Source: the human T2T-CHM13v2.0 reference genome, Homo sapiens
Strand: one strand, 5' to 3'
Assembly: GCF_009914755.1 (NCBI RefSeq)
Contig: NC_060940.1
Length of the DNA: 64,000 nucleotides
A model generated the notes under the pieces. The model had not been told where the DNA came from. It saw only the letters and a program-made list of their open reading frames with translations, and did no database searches. Position 1 is the first letter of the stretch. Each line of letters begins with the position of its first letter. Shown piece after piece: positions 28,096 to 46,728 of this stretch. The position numbers and the translations under genes are program-made.

Positions 28096-29500
28096 AACAT
28101 GTCTTAACATGGACATAAAACATGTCTTAACATGGTCAGCTTAACCTAAAAGCCTGAGTCAAAAGGTGAAAGTTACAGAAGACTCTGGGAGGGAAACATG
28201 CAAAAATAGGTGCAAAATGCCTTTTAAGGTAGGTCAGTGGGGAAAACAAGGGCTTAGGTAACAGGGCGGCTAATGGGCCCAGTGGATTAAAATGTTCACT
28301 TTATTCCTGAAACCCAGGCTGGCTGCTCTAAGCTGATCTGGTGCCTTGGTCACTCGTGGCTTCTTTCTTCTATGCCAGCTCTGTCTTCTCTACACTTCCT
28401 CTGGAGGAGGAGGCCTTGACACAATTACAAGTGAGTTGATTTTTTTTTTAACTTCTGAAATTCTATCTAAATTAGTTAGCTGATTTGTGCTCCTTTTTAG
28501 AAAAGGGAAAATGGATTAGCATTTGATAAGCACCTACTGTTAGGTACTTCTAGACACTTCATCAATTCCTGTATTTATGTCTTAGGGGAACTGTAAAAAG
28601 TGGTTAATTATTTCTGTTTTGAAGGTTAGGGAAAATTTAGAGATATTAAGTACTCATGGTCATAAGATGTTAAGTTGTAATTAATATGTAATTTGTGGGA
28701 AAATGTTTTGAGGATATTTAAATGTCTTTTTATCAAAATGTTAACCACTACCTATATCATTCCTATATAATGATTTCTATATAAGCCGGTTATTACAATG
28801 AAGACTGGAAAATGTTGACTTTTAAAATACTATTCTTTCTACATTTTTAATTGTTTCTTCTATGAGTAAGAACTTTCCTTCTACTTCATTATTTTTTTTT
28901 TATCAGTAGGAACTCATGGATCTTTATTTTATTCAATAGGTTATGACATGTTACTATTATTATTGATTTTAATGCGGAAATTACCCAGATTTCTTCCATG
29001 GAAGTCCATTCAAATTGGCTTCTGTATCCTTTTGACATATACCTATCACTTATTTTTATTGTTTCCTTTTTTTTTTTTTTTTTTTTTAGCACAACAAGAT
29101 ATTTTAGGCTTATTTTGTTCTTTCCCTATCCCAGCCCTGGAATCCGCCATTTCTCCAAGGAGCTTTGATTCGTTTTTATGGTGAATGGAATTGTTGAAAC
29201 CAAATCTGGATGCTAGGTGTACACATTGCTACTAGGGTATCATTGCTTATAGACTCTCCCAGGGGGCAAATCTGTACAAACATGCATACACACATACATA
29301 TGTATACACACATATGTATGCCTGTCTATAAAAAACATTCATTCATACTGAGACTAGTCTAGTACCATGGAGTTCATTCCTCTCCTTCCTGGTTGCATGT
29401 GTTAGTCCTTTCTTCAAAATGAAGAACCTGGCTCCCATTATCCTAAATATATTTACTCATTTGCTCAATCGTAGAATCCTAGTTTTTTTCCCCCCCATAA

Positions 29501-29860
<360 letters not shown>

Positions 29861-29969
29861 CAGATTCTTATCATCTTAAGATTGAAGGTTTATGGTCAAA
29901 ATGCTATTTCAGAAGTTACTGGGCTAAGTTATTTTCTTCTCCTTTGCTGTGTATATGTAATTCATTTGA

Positions 29970-30295
<326 letters not shown>

Positions 30296-30320
30296 TGTAA
30301 TATAGTTTTGTTCGTATTCT

Positions 30321-30686
30321 GGTTATGGGCTGGATTGTATCCCCCCAAAATTCATATGTTGAAGCCCTAAATGCTAGTACCTCAAAATGTGACTGTATCT
30401 GGAGATAGGATTTTTAATGAGGTAAGTAAATTAAAAGGAAGATGACAGGGTGGGCCCTAATCCAGTCTGACTAGTATCCTTATAAGAGGAAATTTGGACA
30501 CAAGACACATACAGAGGGAAGACCATCTGCAAGCCAAGGAGAGACCCCTTAGAAGAAACCAAACCTGCCAACACCCTAGCTGGTACTTCCAGCTTCCAGA
30601 ACTGTGACACAACTGGGTAGCTGTTATTTAAGCTACCCAGGCTGTGGTGTTCTGTTACAGCAGCAATAGCCCAGGCCAACTAATAC
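30321..30686 (+). mobile_element. MLT1B-like MaLR solo LTR
   Basis: gttatgggctggattgtatccccccaaaattcatatgttgaagcccta…aactaataca. Confidence 0.85.
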
Positions 30687-31084
30687 AATTCTATTTAGAA
30701 ATTTCCCTCCGTTTTTCATGATTTTTTAAAATTATATGTGACCTTAATAAGAATCCACAATTCAGAATTATTCAAAAATAATTCATATGGAATTATCATT
30801 CCCCCTTTCTCCTTCCATTTCTTCAACATCCAATCTGCTCCTATAGGTAATTAGTTTCATTAGATTCAGTTTCATTTTTTTATTTTTCCTTGCAAAAATT
30901 AGCTAATACATGTAAATTTTGTTATTGCTTCTTTGTTTCATACAACAGGTAACATAATGTATTTTTTTTTTTTGGCATTTTACTTATTTCACCTAACCAT
31001 ATCCTAGAAATCACTGCATATCAATTCCATGAAATTTTCTTTGCTTATTCATTTTTATAGTATCATAGTATGCACTGATTATGA

Positions 31085-31533
31085 TATTAGTTTGCTAGGG
31101 CTGCCATAATTAAGTACCACAAACCGGGTTGCTTAGCAGAAATTTATTCTCTCATAATTCTGGAGCTAGAAGTCTGAGACCAGGGTGTTAGCAGGGTTGG
31201 TTCCTTCTGAGGTCCTTCTGAGAGAGAATGTGTTCTGTGCCTCTGTCCTAGCTTATGGTAGTTTGCTGACAGTACCATTCTTTGGGTTGTAGACACATCA
31301 CTCCAGTCTTTGCCTTTATCTTCACGTGACATTTTTTTCTGTGTGCATGGCTGTCTGTGTGCCCAGTTTTCCCTTTCTTATAAAGATACCAGTCATACTG
31401 GATTAGGGCTCTCCCTGATCACTTCATCTTAACTTAACCATCTGCAAAGACCTTGTTTCCAAACAAGGTCACATTTACAGGTACTGGGTGTAGGACTTCA
31501 ACATCCTTTTGGAAGACACAGTCTACCCATAAC
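31085..31533 (-). mobile_element. MLT1C-like MaLR solo LTR
   Basis: tattagtttgctagggctgccataa…ggttggttccttctgagg…cccataaca. Confidence 0.82.
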
Positions 31534-31888
31534 AAGTATGTACCATACCTTATTCAGCCATTCTATAGAAGAGCATTTAGGTTATTTTCAATATTCTGAA
31601 ATTCTAAACACATTGCATGTTGTCCATATGTATTTTCATATTATTCAATGTGTGCCTTTCTGCTTCTGTACCTTTCAGAAGTGTGTTTAAGTTTTCATCA
31701 TATAGTTTTTGTGCATTTCTAATTAACATTTTTCCTAAATTATTTTTTGCTACTGTAATGGGATTTTTTTGTAGTGTTATTTTTTCTAACTTATTAATTA
31801 TATGTTTGAAGACTCTTGATTTTTGTTGGTTAACTCTATATCATTTTACCTTACTGAATTTATTGTTTGAGCTAGTTTTATCTTTTGA

Positions 31889-32273
<385 letters not shown>

Positions 32274-33144
32274 TTATGTTGTATTTCTCAATTCATATAT
32301 GCCTCTAATTGATTTCTCGAATCTGAGTTTATTTCCATGTTGATCTTGTATGCTCGTATTGGTGAAATCACTTATTAGTTGAAGGAATTATTTTGAAGAT
32401 CCTTTGGGATTTTCCCCATAGTTCCTTATATTATTTCCAAATAGGGACAGTTTTACATCTTCCTTTATAATCTATATGTTTTTTCTCGACTTACCATGCT
32501 TGCTAGAAATTCCAGTACCATATTGAATAATAGTGGTGAAAAGTGGACATCCTTGTGTTTTCCTTACCTTAGGGGAAAGGCATACATTCTTTCTTTAAAT
32601 ATTATGTTACCTGTAGGTTTGGAGTAGATGTTCTTTATCAAGTTGTGGAAGTTCTACACTGTTGATAATTTTCTGAGTGTTTTTATCATGAATAAGTATT
32701 GAGTTTTATTGAATGCTTTCTCTACGTCAATGAGTATGATCATGTGATTTTTCTTTTTTGACATGTTTGTATAGTTAATTACATTGATTTTTAAAATATT
32801 GAACCAGCTTTGAATCTATGGAAGGGATCCCCCTTGGTCATGCCATTCGATTCTTTTATACAGTGTTGAACAATATATATTTGCTTGCATTTTGCTAAGA
32901 GATTTTGCATCTAAATATAGAGAGATATTGGTCTGTAGCTTTGTGGGGGTTTTTTGTTTTTTTTTTCTGGTCTTCACTTAATTTTGGTATTAAGGTTGCT
33001 GGCCTCATTAAATACATGGGAAGCAGTCTCCTTTTCTATTTCCAGGAAGGCATTGTGTAGAATTGGCATTAGTTCTTTAAGCATTTGGTAGGGTTTGGCA
33101 GTAAATATGTCTGTGACTGGAGATTTCCTTTTGGGACTTTTTGA

Positions 33145-33652
<508 letters not shown>

Positions 33653-33997
33653 TGAGTAGTGCTATTTAAGTTGTTTATTTCCTAATAATAGATGTTGTGG
33701 TTATTTGTGTTTTTTTGAAATTAGCCATTTCATCTTACTTGTCAGGTTTATTATATCTGGAGAATTATTTGTAATATTTCCTTAATATAATTTTTATATC
33801 TTCAGGATCTGGGATTATATCCCCTGGTGCATTCCTAATGTTGGTGATTTGTGTCTTCTCTCTTATTATTTCTATTAGTCATATTAGAGGTTAATCAGTT
33901 TTACTGGTCTTTTAAAAAATGCTTTTTGTTTCATTTTTCTCTATTTTTCTGTTTTCAATTTCATGATCTCATTTGTATTATTTTTTGCTTGCTTTGG

Positions 33998-35073
33998 TGT
34001 TGCAGGAAGTCAGGGACCCTGAACAGAGGGACCAGCTGAAGTCACAGCAGAAGAACATAAATTGTGAAGATTTCATGGACATTTATTAGTTCCCCAAATT
34101 AATACTTTTATAATTTCTTATGCCTGTCTTTACTGCAATCTCTGAACATAAATTGTGAAGATTTCATGGACATTTATCACTTCCCCAATCAATACTCTTA
34201 TAATTTCCTATGCCTGTCTTTAATCTCTTAATCCCATCATCTTCCTAAACTGAGGATGTATGTCGCCTCAGGACCCTGTGATGATTGCATTATCTGCACA
34301 AGTTGTTTGTAAAGCGTGTGTGTTTGAACAATATGAAATCTGGGCACCTTGAAAGGAACAGGATAACAGTGATTTTCAGAGAACAAGGGAGATAACCATA
34401 AGGTCTGACTGCCTGCAGGACCGGGCAGAACAGAGTCGTATTTCTCTTCTTACAGAAAGCGAATAGGAGAAATATTGCGAATTCTTTTCTCAGCAAGGAA
34501 TAGCCCTGGGAAAGGAAAGCATTCCCAGGGGGAGGTCTCTAAAATGGCTGCTCTGGGAGTGTCTGTCTTATGTGGTTGAAGATAAGGGATGAAATACACC
34601 CTGGTCTCCTGCAGCGCCCTCAGGCTTGCTAGGATTAGGAAATTCCAGCCTGGCGAATTCTAATCAGACCAGTTGTCTGCTCTCGAACCCTATTTCCTGC
34701 TAAGATGTTTATCAAGACAATGCGTGCCCAGTGGGACATGGAACCTCATCAGTAATTCTAATTTCACCCTGGCCCTGTGATCTCGCTCTGCCCTTCTGCG
34801 CTTGTAATCTTTTATTGCCTCTTGAAGCATGTGATCTGTGTGATTTACTCCCTGTTCATACCCCCTTCCCCTTTTCAAATCCCTAATAAAAACTTGTTGG
34901 TTTTGCGGCTCAAGGGGCATCACGGAACCTGCCGACATGTGATGTCACCCCTGGAGGCCCAGATGTAGAATTTCTCTCTTTGTACTCTTTCTCTTTATTT
35001 CTCAGACTGGCCGACACTTAGGGAAAATAGAAAAGAACCTACATTGAAATATTGGGGGCTGGTTCCCCCAATA
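33998..35073 (+). mobile_element. MER11 solo LTR (HERV-K11/HML-8 family)
   Basis: TGTTGCAGGAAGTCAGGGACCC…GGGGCTGGTTCCCCCAATA, 1076 bp; 6-bp TSD ctttgg at 33992-33997 and 35074-35079. Confidence 0.93.
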
Positions 35074-35575
35074 CTTTGGTTTTGTTTTTCTTTTTGTTTT
35101 ATTTTCTGTATGCGAAAGCTTCAAGTATTGATCCAACATGTTTTCTAATATAAGCATTTAGTGCTATAAATTTCCCTCACAGCTCTTGGGTATTGGTATA
35201 CCACACATTTTTATATGCTGTATTTTCATTTGATTCTGGGTAGATACTTTTGTTATTCTTTGTTTGTTTGTTTCTATTTCCCATGAGATGAGACTTCTTC
35301 TTTGACCCATGGATTATTTAGAAGGGAGTTGTTTAGTTTCTAAGTGTTTGGAAATTTTCCTGTTACCTTTTTCCTGTTGATTTCTAATTTGATTCTATTT
35401 TGGTTAGAAAGCATATTCTGTATGATTTCAGTTTTTTTAATGTCACAGGACATAATTCCAAAAGTCCCTGTGGACCTTTCTCTTCTGTTTTTGTCTCCCT
35501 TCTCTCTGTTGGTCAGGGTAGTTTCTCTTTTCAGGTTCACTGGTTCTCTCCTCTCTCCTTTCCACTCTGTTGTAG

Positions 35576-36224
<649 letters not shown>

Positions 36225-38821
36225 CATGTTTTTATTCTTAAAATTTTTATTTGATTTTTCTGTGTGTCTTCTATTTTACTTCTATTTTTCTACCTTTTCT
36301 TTTGATTCAAGCATTTATGTAATTGCTCACTGGGGCCTTTTCATGGGATGTGCTTTAAAAATCTCTTTTTAGAGAGCCCTGGGTGGTGGGGTGAGCATGG
36401 AAGTCTGCCTCCCTGCCCCCTCCTTAGCTGAAGGTGGTGGGGATGGAGCCACATTTTTTTCCTGTGGTGTTTTCCTAGAGTTGGGTGGTTACTGTCTAAA
36501 AGTTTTCTGGCTTGTTAGGCTGATCCTTTAGTGGGGCTTTTTTTTTTTTCCTCTATTTCCATTACCATTTCCAGGTTGATTCTTCTTCAGCTCCAACTAT
36601 AGAATACATGAGATGACAAAACCACCCAAGTCCCAGGGGCCTTAGCCAGCCTGCTTTTCTCTACCTTTCATATTCATCTTATGTTTGTTTTAAATATAAC
36701 TTCCAGCATTGTTATCTACACTTAATAGGAGAAGCAGAGAAAGGTGTTTACTCCATTTTGTCTGGAAGTGGAAGTCCATTGTTTTTATTTTTTAAAGTAT
36801 TTTATTTTACTTAGCAATCAGCAGTACATAGTAGTTTGACAAAGCAGAAAGTGCATGCATTTCCCTTTCAGTGTTAACTGTGAACACCTGGCTGTCTCTC
36901 TTCATGAATATTTATGGAGATAAGTGTTGGGCATTGTAGTAAGGCGAAAAGAGAGATGAAAAGATGAATGGATGAAGAGACAGAAAGAAAACTGGCATTG
37001 TTTAGTAATAAATAGGTTTAATAACAAAAAAATCAATGTTACTCAAATTTAAAAAGAAAAAGTAACTAGAGAACTAAAGAAATTGCTGTTCTTCAAGAGA
37101 ACTATATTGAACAAGAGGAAATCCTTGTTTTGTAATATTTCTCTATGAGTGAAAGAAAAAAGGTAAGACAGTTATGAGAGACTCAGTATGTTTGTGTCCA
37201 CATGATTAGACATTCAACCTTGCTTACATTTCTTCTCCCTCTCTTTTGTCCTCTATGGACTGTTTTTTAAATTGTTGTAAAATTATTTTTACTTTGTCAA
37301 GATTTACTTATTTAAATTTTTGTTCCGGACCCATATTTATTCCTGTAACTGTTTTTCTCAATTTAACATTTAAATTCTCATTATACCATGTGTTCTACAT
37401 TGATCAATTAAATGGTTCCAACCACCCTCTTACAAGGACAAAAAAGAAAAAAATATGTCTGGTCTTAACAACAATGTAGTAAGCCAAGAAAGAAAAATAA
37501 AATGTATAAAGATTGGGGTAAAAAAACAGCCCTCATTACCATTCATTCTGTAGTAATTTTATTCCCTAGTTCTTCATTGTGATCCTCCCTTTTTTCTTGG
37601 GTAGGGGGGTGGATTTAAGTATCAAGTAGTTAAAATGTTCTCCTCTCAACCTGTATCTTGAATAATGAGAAGAAAAATGTTCTTCTCTTTGTCTTTGCAC
37701 GTTTGAGAATCCCTACTAAATTTATTAGCTCCATAATACATTTTTGTTCTCAGAGTAATTCATAGCTTTTCATCTCTCTTTTTAAAAAAATCATGTTGGG
37801 TGGTGTGTATTTCATTAAATTCATGTCCTTATTGAATTACTCTATAGCACAAGCATTTTTAGAAGATTTCTTGTATTCCTTGGATCTTAGTTTTCCCAGA
37901 ATGTGTTCTTCCTTGGATGTTTTTCATACCATGTTCTTTCTCTCCTGTATTGGTGTTATTTCTGTGCATAATGATAATGACAGGATCCTTTTTAAAAAAT
38001 ATTATTGATCCTAACGTGGCTGGTTTTAGCCAGACCTCTAATTGGCTGTGATTAGTACAGATGGGTTCTTGTAGACACTCCTCCAAAAATATTTGTGACA
38101 TCTGTCTTCTAAGCTGCATCTAATGCATTTGATGTTGCATTCTCTGTTCCTTTTTAATAGCAGAGGCCTTGGGGTAGGGGATGGGAGAACCTGTCTAAGA
38201 AAACCTTTAGCTCTTTGTTGTAGGCCTGAAGACTGTTCTTTCCCCTCTCAACTTTGAATAAATACTCCTGGGGTCTCAGTCTCCCAACTCTACATATTGC
38301 CTCAAAAATTGGCAAGCCCCTGGCAGCCCCTCCCAGTGTCTGCAGAAGAGTAGTGTATAAGGGCTTCTGCTCTTGATGGTGTATTTCCTTGATTTTTCCT
38401 CTCAAGCTGCCTACTCTACCTGCATCTCCCCATCTTTTAACAGTGCCTATTAAATGATGGCCCATCAATATTGTTACTGTAATTCCTAAACTGATTTTCA
38501 AAGCATTCTTATTTTTTTCTATCAGAGATAAATAAATCATTTAGGAAGAGATTCATTTGAACATTCTTGTTTATAAGCCAAAGGGTTTCCAAAGAGGAAT
38601 AGTTTGAAGATTGACAAAAATGGGGATAATTTGTGAGAGTGAATGCCTGGAGAGTATCAGGGAACATCTAGAACATACAATAAGAGGATACATGGAAGGG
38701 CAACTTTTCCTTTGAGACAGGAAGGGAAAGACATATGGATGAAATGAGTGAAATTATACAGAGTTGGGATTTCCTCTTGATGGCTTCTTCTTCAGGTAAC
38801 CACAGAGTCTGAGCACTATCA

Positions 38822-39423
<602 letters not shown>

Positions 39424-42064
39424 ACTTTCTGTACATCTCCTCCACCTTTCCTGTGACTATCAGCTTTACACATTATGTCAGGAACATTTTCTGGATAGCT
39501 AAAAGGGGGTGAATATGCTTATATTTTAGGAGCCAGTGACATTCAAGAATGTTGTTGTAGACTTTACTGAGGGGGAGTGGAGATAACTGAGCCCTCCACA
39601 GAGGAATCTGTACAGAGAAGTGACACTGGAGAACTGTAGGAATCTAATCTATGTGCGTAAGAGCCGTTTTCTTTTGTTACTGAAAATCTTCCTATTTGAG
39701 GGTCTTTGCGTCCTCAGTTATTAACAGCCATGAGTCTTCATAGCATTTTACTCTGCTGGGCTTATATGGTCCTCAAAACCAAAGGTTTTAAAATCTAGTT
39801 GGCCCCCAAGACACAAGATGTTCCTAATACATTTTCCCCAGGTAAATTGCCTTTATTTTTAAAGAGTTGATGTTAGGAGCTTTCTATACTACTCCTCCCT
39901 TAAACCTCACAGTAGCCATCATTCAGTGAGCCAAACTTTAAGGGGTTAGGGCTGAATTTTCAGATATTTGTTATATCTTTCTTTCCCCATGGGTGGGCTG
40001 TCATCCCTTCAAAGCCAGTGTTATCTCCCAGCTGGAGCTAGAAGAGTTGTGGATGATGGGCTGGGCACCCCTAACAGCCACTTGTCCAGCTGAGAAATAG
40101 AAGCATGATGTTCTTGGAATTGGTCAATGAAGAAGACATTTCTTACAGTGTTGTCTGAGGAATTCATCTCATAGTCATATCTATTTTCACTTATTCTTTA
40201 TCTTTCTATCCTATTAGTTTCTCCTTCATATTTCTGAGAGGAAGATGTGTTCTTCCTTAACTAAGTTCACATTTCCTTTTGTTTTCAAACTTCCTTCCCT
40301 TCTTTTCTCACTCATCTCTTCCCACTCGTCTCTTTACTGTGGCTTGCAAGCATGATGACTCCTTCTCACTCCAGCATTCTCAGCTTTGTCTTTCACAGCC
40401 TCCTTTCTTTAGTCATTTAGCTTTTCATGACTCTTTCACCCAATAAATAGAAATTCACGTACTGTACATTGTCAGATCTCACTGCTTCAGAGCAAGATTT
40501 GGTTAAAACTTCCTAGAAAGGAGTTTAGCCACATGTATCAAGAGTTTTAATAATACCCTTTTAGTCATTCTTCTGACAGGACCCCTGTCTAGTAGATATC
40601 ATAGAGGTCAACAATGAGTCATGAACAGTTCTGTTCCCTTGGCATTGTAAGTAACTGATTTCAATATCATGGCATTGTTTATGCAAATTATGAAATATCT
40701 ACACATTGAAAAATTATAATGTTATTAGAAACATATTCACAGAAATTTTCAATGATGCGGATAGTGCATTATGTAAAGAAAGTAAACTATGAAATTTTAA
40801 CTACACTTAAATTTAGCAATAGAAATACTTAAATCAAATAACACTTACTACATGTTGACTCTCCTCCCACCTTTAAATGCAGTTATTATGATATGCTATT
40901 AAGTGTAATTTTTCTCCTTATTTTATACCCAGGCATTTCCTAAGACTTGCTATTTCTGTCCCTCCTTCCTACTTCAGTGTACTGACATCCCTGTGTATTT
41001 TGGTTCTTTTGCCCCCATTTGTTCAGCAAACATTTATTGGGCACCATGCAGGAAAGGATCTAAAGGGAGCACTCCAGGATGTTGAGGGTAGAGATTGCTG
41101 GTGTTGAAGTTGCAAGTCATTTTTCTTTCCTTCTTTATTCTCTTTCATTTCTTCTAAACTTTCCACAATGGGCATATTTTCATTTAAAAATCTAACAGAA
41201 AGAAACACTCTGTATGATATATACTGTTACCATGTGCATTTTTCCATAATTCCTTGCTGATTAAATTTCTTTTTGCTTCTCAACCATCATTTTGGTTTCT
41301 AAATACTGTCCTTCTACTGAAATTACTTATTCAGAGGCAACCATTAGATTTCTTCTAAAAAATAGGCTAGGCTTTTTCCAGTTTTCTTCATCTTCAGTTT
41401 TTCTGACATACTTTGCCATTTTGATTATTGACTTTGGGTGTAATAAAAATGTATTGTGGAAATTTTAGAAAATACAAATAAGCAAAAAATAAAATTTGAA
41501 ATCAGTGATCTCATGTCTTGGAGAGAGATAGCTCATGGGCATATGTTATGTTGTATTTATTATCTACTATCTAGAATAATCATTACTCATCATATAAAAT
41601 AACTGATAGGCATTTAATTTTATGGATTTGCCATTACTGATGAAATTAGGTACCTGGGATTGAACATTTAGGTTATTGCCAATTTCTTTCCTTTATAAAT
41701 GATACAGATTTAAACATCCTTGTAAATGTCTTGCACATTTGTTCCGTCAGAGCTTAGTATAAAATTCTTAGAAAATGAACTTTTTTGCAGCGAAGATTAT
41801 GAATAACAATCACTTAAAGCTTTTGTTAACATGTTGTTGTTTTTTTTTCAGAAGGGCAATACTAGTTTGTTTACCTATCCCTCAGTTATACCTGCATGTG
41901 ACCTGGAACACGTGGCAGTTCATGGTTTTTCATTATATTTTTATTACTGCTGAATTTTTACATTTTTCAATGTAGTTACTGACCCTTTACTTTTTATATT
42001 TTATAAGCTGTCTGATCTTCTCATTAGCCCATTTTTTTCATTAATGTGAAAATATGTTTTCAGG

Positions 42065-42376
42065 ATACAGAGCTGCACTGTACAGTACTAATGCATTTGG
42101 CTCGTAAGGCAACTGAAACATGGCCAGTTCTCACTGGGACATGCTATGAGTATAAAATATACCCCAGATTTTGTAGACTTAGTAAGAAAAGAAAGACTGT
42201 AAAATATCTCAATACCTGTTATGCTGAATCCCTGTTTAAATGATAATATTTTGGATATATTGGGTTGAATAAAATATATTCTTTAATTTTACCTGTATTC
42301 TCTTACCTTTTTAAATGTGGCTACTGGAAAACTTAAAAATAAATATGCGCATCACAGCACTTGTGGCTCTCATTAT
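42065..42376. mobile_element. MER33/MER3-type hAT DNA transposon
   Basis: ttttggatatattgggttgaataaaatatatt…aatgtggctactggaaaac…gtggctctcattatatttctgttg. Confidence 0.75.
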
Positions 42377-43489
42377 ATTTCTGTTGAAAAGCACTGATAC
42401 AAATAGTCAATTCCTGTATATTTTGACTACTTTTGTCTTTTAGCTTTTTTTGAGTTCATTATTATTACAAAAATAAAACATGCTTGATTAAAACATTCAA
42501 ACCATATAGAAATTCAAAAAAATACAAATCTGCTATAAAAAATCTTTCATCCCTCTGCAGTTCCAATGATAGCCAGTATTAAGCCATTGAGTACAGAATC
42601 TGGGATATGTTTTGCTTATCATAAGGTTTATGTGTGAAGTCACATTATCCCTAATTTTCTACCCTCCAGAGGACTAAAAACCCAGCCCTATCTTCTGAAT
42701 TATTCCTTCCCTCCACCTAAGTTGTATAGGCCACTTAGCACCATGAGGATTTCTAAACTTTGAAAAGTAATGGCCTTGTTTTTTTCAGAAGAAAGCGATT
42801 TTATTATGATAGACCATTTTTTTCTAATACAATAATGAAACACTACTTATTTGTGTTAATGATACCAAGTTGAGTCTTCTACTCATCTGGGGCTTTGCTG
42901 ATGCTAAGCACTGTTATGTATTGTTAAAAATGAAGCTTCTGTCTTTCCAAGAATTTGTCCTAGGCTCTAGCTAACTGCTAACTCAGTTGAAGTGGTATTG
43001 TATTTGGTGGTGACTATATCTTGTGCATTGGTTTGTATATTTAGTTTATTTATTCAACAGGGATCTGTTGTTCAATGTGGTTGATTTAAATTCCAAGCTT
43101 TAATTTTGTAATTTAAACAACATACATACACATGTGTGCTTGTAAAGACAGAAGTCTGCTATTGGTCAGAATCATATAGACTGTGTCACAGATAAGGAAG
43201 CACCTGCTACTGGTTGCTTCATTACTATGGAGAAGACCTTGCCAAGTAAGTGAAACAAGTAACGGATGGGTTTAGGATGCAGATTTGCCACTATTGCACA
43301 GGAGAAATCCCAGGTTCTATGTGGACGATGGGAATTTGGATTGAGCTGATAAGGGTCAGTCTAGGAAAAGTTCCCCTAACATTCTTCAGATTTTTCTTAT
43401 TGCATACTTCACAACTTGTCTCAATTATTGGTCGAATCTATTTTTTTCTTCCTGATTTGAGATCCCATCTTTATCAAGTGCTGTATTTC

Positions 43490-44750
<1,261 letters not shown>

Positions 44751-45329
44751 AGGACACACCTGTGGGTCAGCCCATTTGTCTGGGCCTTCTGTTATTCTGG
44801 GTTACCTCTAATCACTAGCTAAATTTCTTGACATTATTTCTTTTGGATCTTTATGCGTATATTTACCTTTCACCTGATTAAAAAACCTGCAGAAGCTTTG
44901 CATGGCACGTCAACATCTCCTGCAATTTCAGGGCTCTTTATAACCTGGCCTTCCATAATCTAGCCCTTTTCCATCTTAGCCAATCATCCTGACATCCTCT
45001 GTGGATACACTTCCTTGTGTTTGAGCCTGTTACGTGTCTTTCATCTTTTTCTGTTGTCTTAGAGTTGAATTTAGATTCCATTTTCCTTATGAAACATTTG
45101 ACTTCTTCAGTCTAAACAGACCACTCACATCTCTAAACTATTACTGTAGTTACAGTCTTACATTTAAATACTTATTATTTTTTATTTTCACAGATTATAA
45201 TAAACATGCTTTCTTTTCAGTCCAAAAGAAAAGTTATTTGAATAAAATATACATGTGGCTTACAATCATACATAGAAAAGCTCAATATCACTGATCATTA
45301 GAGAAATGCAAATCAAAATAACAATGAAA

Positions 45330-46716
45330 AACTCTATATCTAAATGGCCTAAGCATCCTTTAAAAAGGCAGAAATGGTTGGAATAGGTTAAAAACAACAA
45401 AACTACATGCTGCTTTTAAGAAATGAATTTTAAACATAAATTCACAAATAGTATAGACAAACATGAAAAAGATATGGCATGCTCATCTTAAAAGGAAGCT
45501 GGAGCAGCTATGTTAATAACAGGCAAAGTAGATTTCAGAGCAAAGAATATTGCTAGAGGTAAAGAAAGAAAAATGATATAATCATCTCAATCGATGCAGA
45601 AAGGCATTTGATAACATTTAACATCAATTCCTGCAAACAGTATTAGAAAGCATCTTCCTGAATCTAATCAAGGACATATACAAATAAAAGCTACAGTTAA
45701 CAGCAGCTGACATTATTCTTAATAGTCAAAGAATGAATGCATTCCCCCTATGGTTAAAAAAAATGGATGCCTCTGTTCTATTCAATAGTATTGGAGTTTC
45801 TAGCCAATGCAATAAGGAAAGCAGAAGAAATAAAATACATGGAGAATGGCAGGAAGAAGTAAAACTGTCTTTATTTGCAGATTATGTGATTGTTTACATA
45901 GAAAATCCCATGGAATTTACAAACAGGCTGCCTGGCTTAGTGTTAAAGGCGTGCCCAACACATACCCAGAGGCCCTTGGCAAAAACTGGGAAACTTCGCT
46001 TCCCAGTGCTAAGGGAAATCTCTCCAGTCATTTGCTGACCACTAAGCGAACTGACCCAGGACTTCATTACAACAAAAAATACAGACTTTACAGATTTAGT
46101 TCAGAAATATTACTAAAACGATGCTAAATAATCACAGTAACAAAACCTGGGGCAGGTGGGCAAATCTGATTTCCAGAGTTGCCATGTAATTTAAAGTGTC
46201 CAGTTTCCAACAAAAATATATTAAGAAGCATGCAAGTAAATAAGAATATATGGCCCAAAAGGGGAAAAGCAGTCAGTAGAGAACTATTCTTGAGGAAATG
46301 CAGACATTGGACTGACTAGACAAAGACTAAGTTGGCTATTTTAAATCAGTTATTTCAAAGAGTTAAAGGAAACCATGTCAGAAGAACTATAGGAAAGTAT
46401 GAGGGCAGTGTCTCACAAAATAGTAAATATTGGATCAGGAAAAATAATTAATCAGTACTAGGCCTAATACCTGGGTGATGAAATAATCTGTACAACAAAC
46501 CCCCATGACATAAATTTACCTATGTAACAAATCTGCACATGTACCCCTGAATTTAAAGTTTAAAAAAAAGAAATAGAAAATATTTTTTAAAAAGAATAAA
46601 ATAGAAAATCTGGAATGGACAAGCACAATAAATGAAATTAAAAATTCACTAGATGGGCTAAATAGCAGAGTTGAACAGTCAGAAAAAGAATTAGGGAACT
46701 TAAAGTTAGCTCAGTT
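45330..46716 (+). mobile_element. Old L1M ORF2/ORF1 fragments, with a short younger L1 3' end at ~46435-46570
   Basis: EEVKLSLFADYVIVYIENP = degenerate RT (FADD) region; ctgggtgatgaaataatctgtacaacaaacccccatgac 3'UTR. Confidence 0.75.
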
Positions 46717-46728
46717 AAGATTATATAA

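Noticed and set aside
34050-34230. ~90-bp direct repeat (gaacataaattgtgaagatttcatggac)
   Set aside because: Normal internal feature of MER11.
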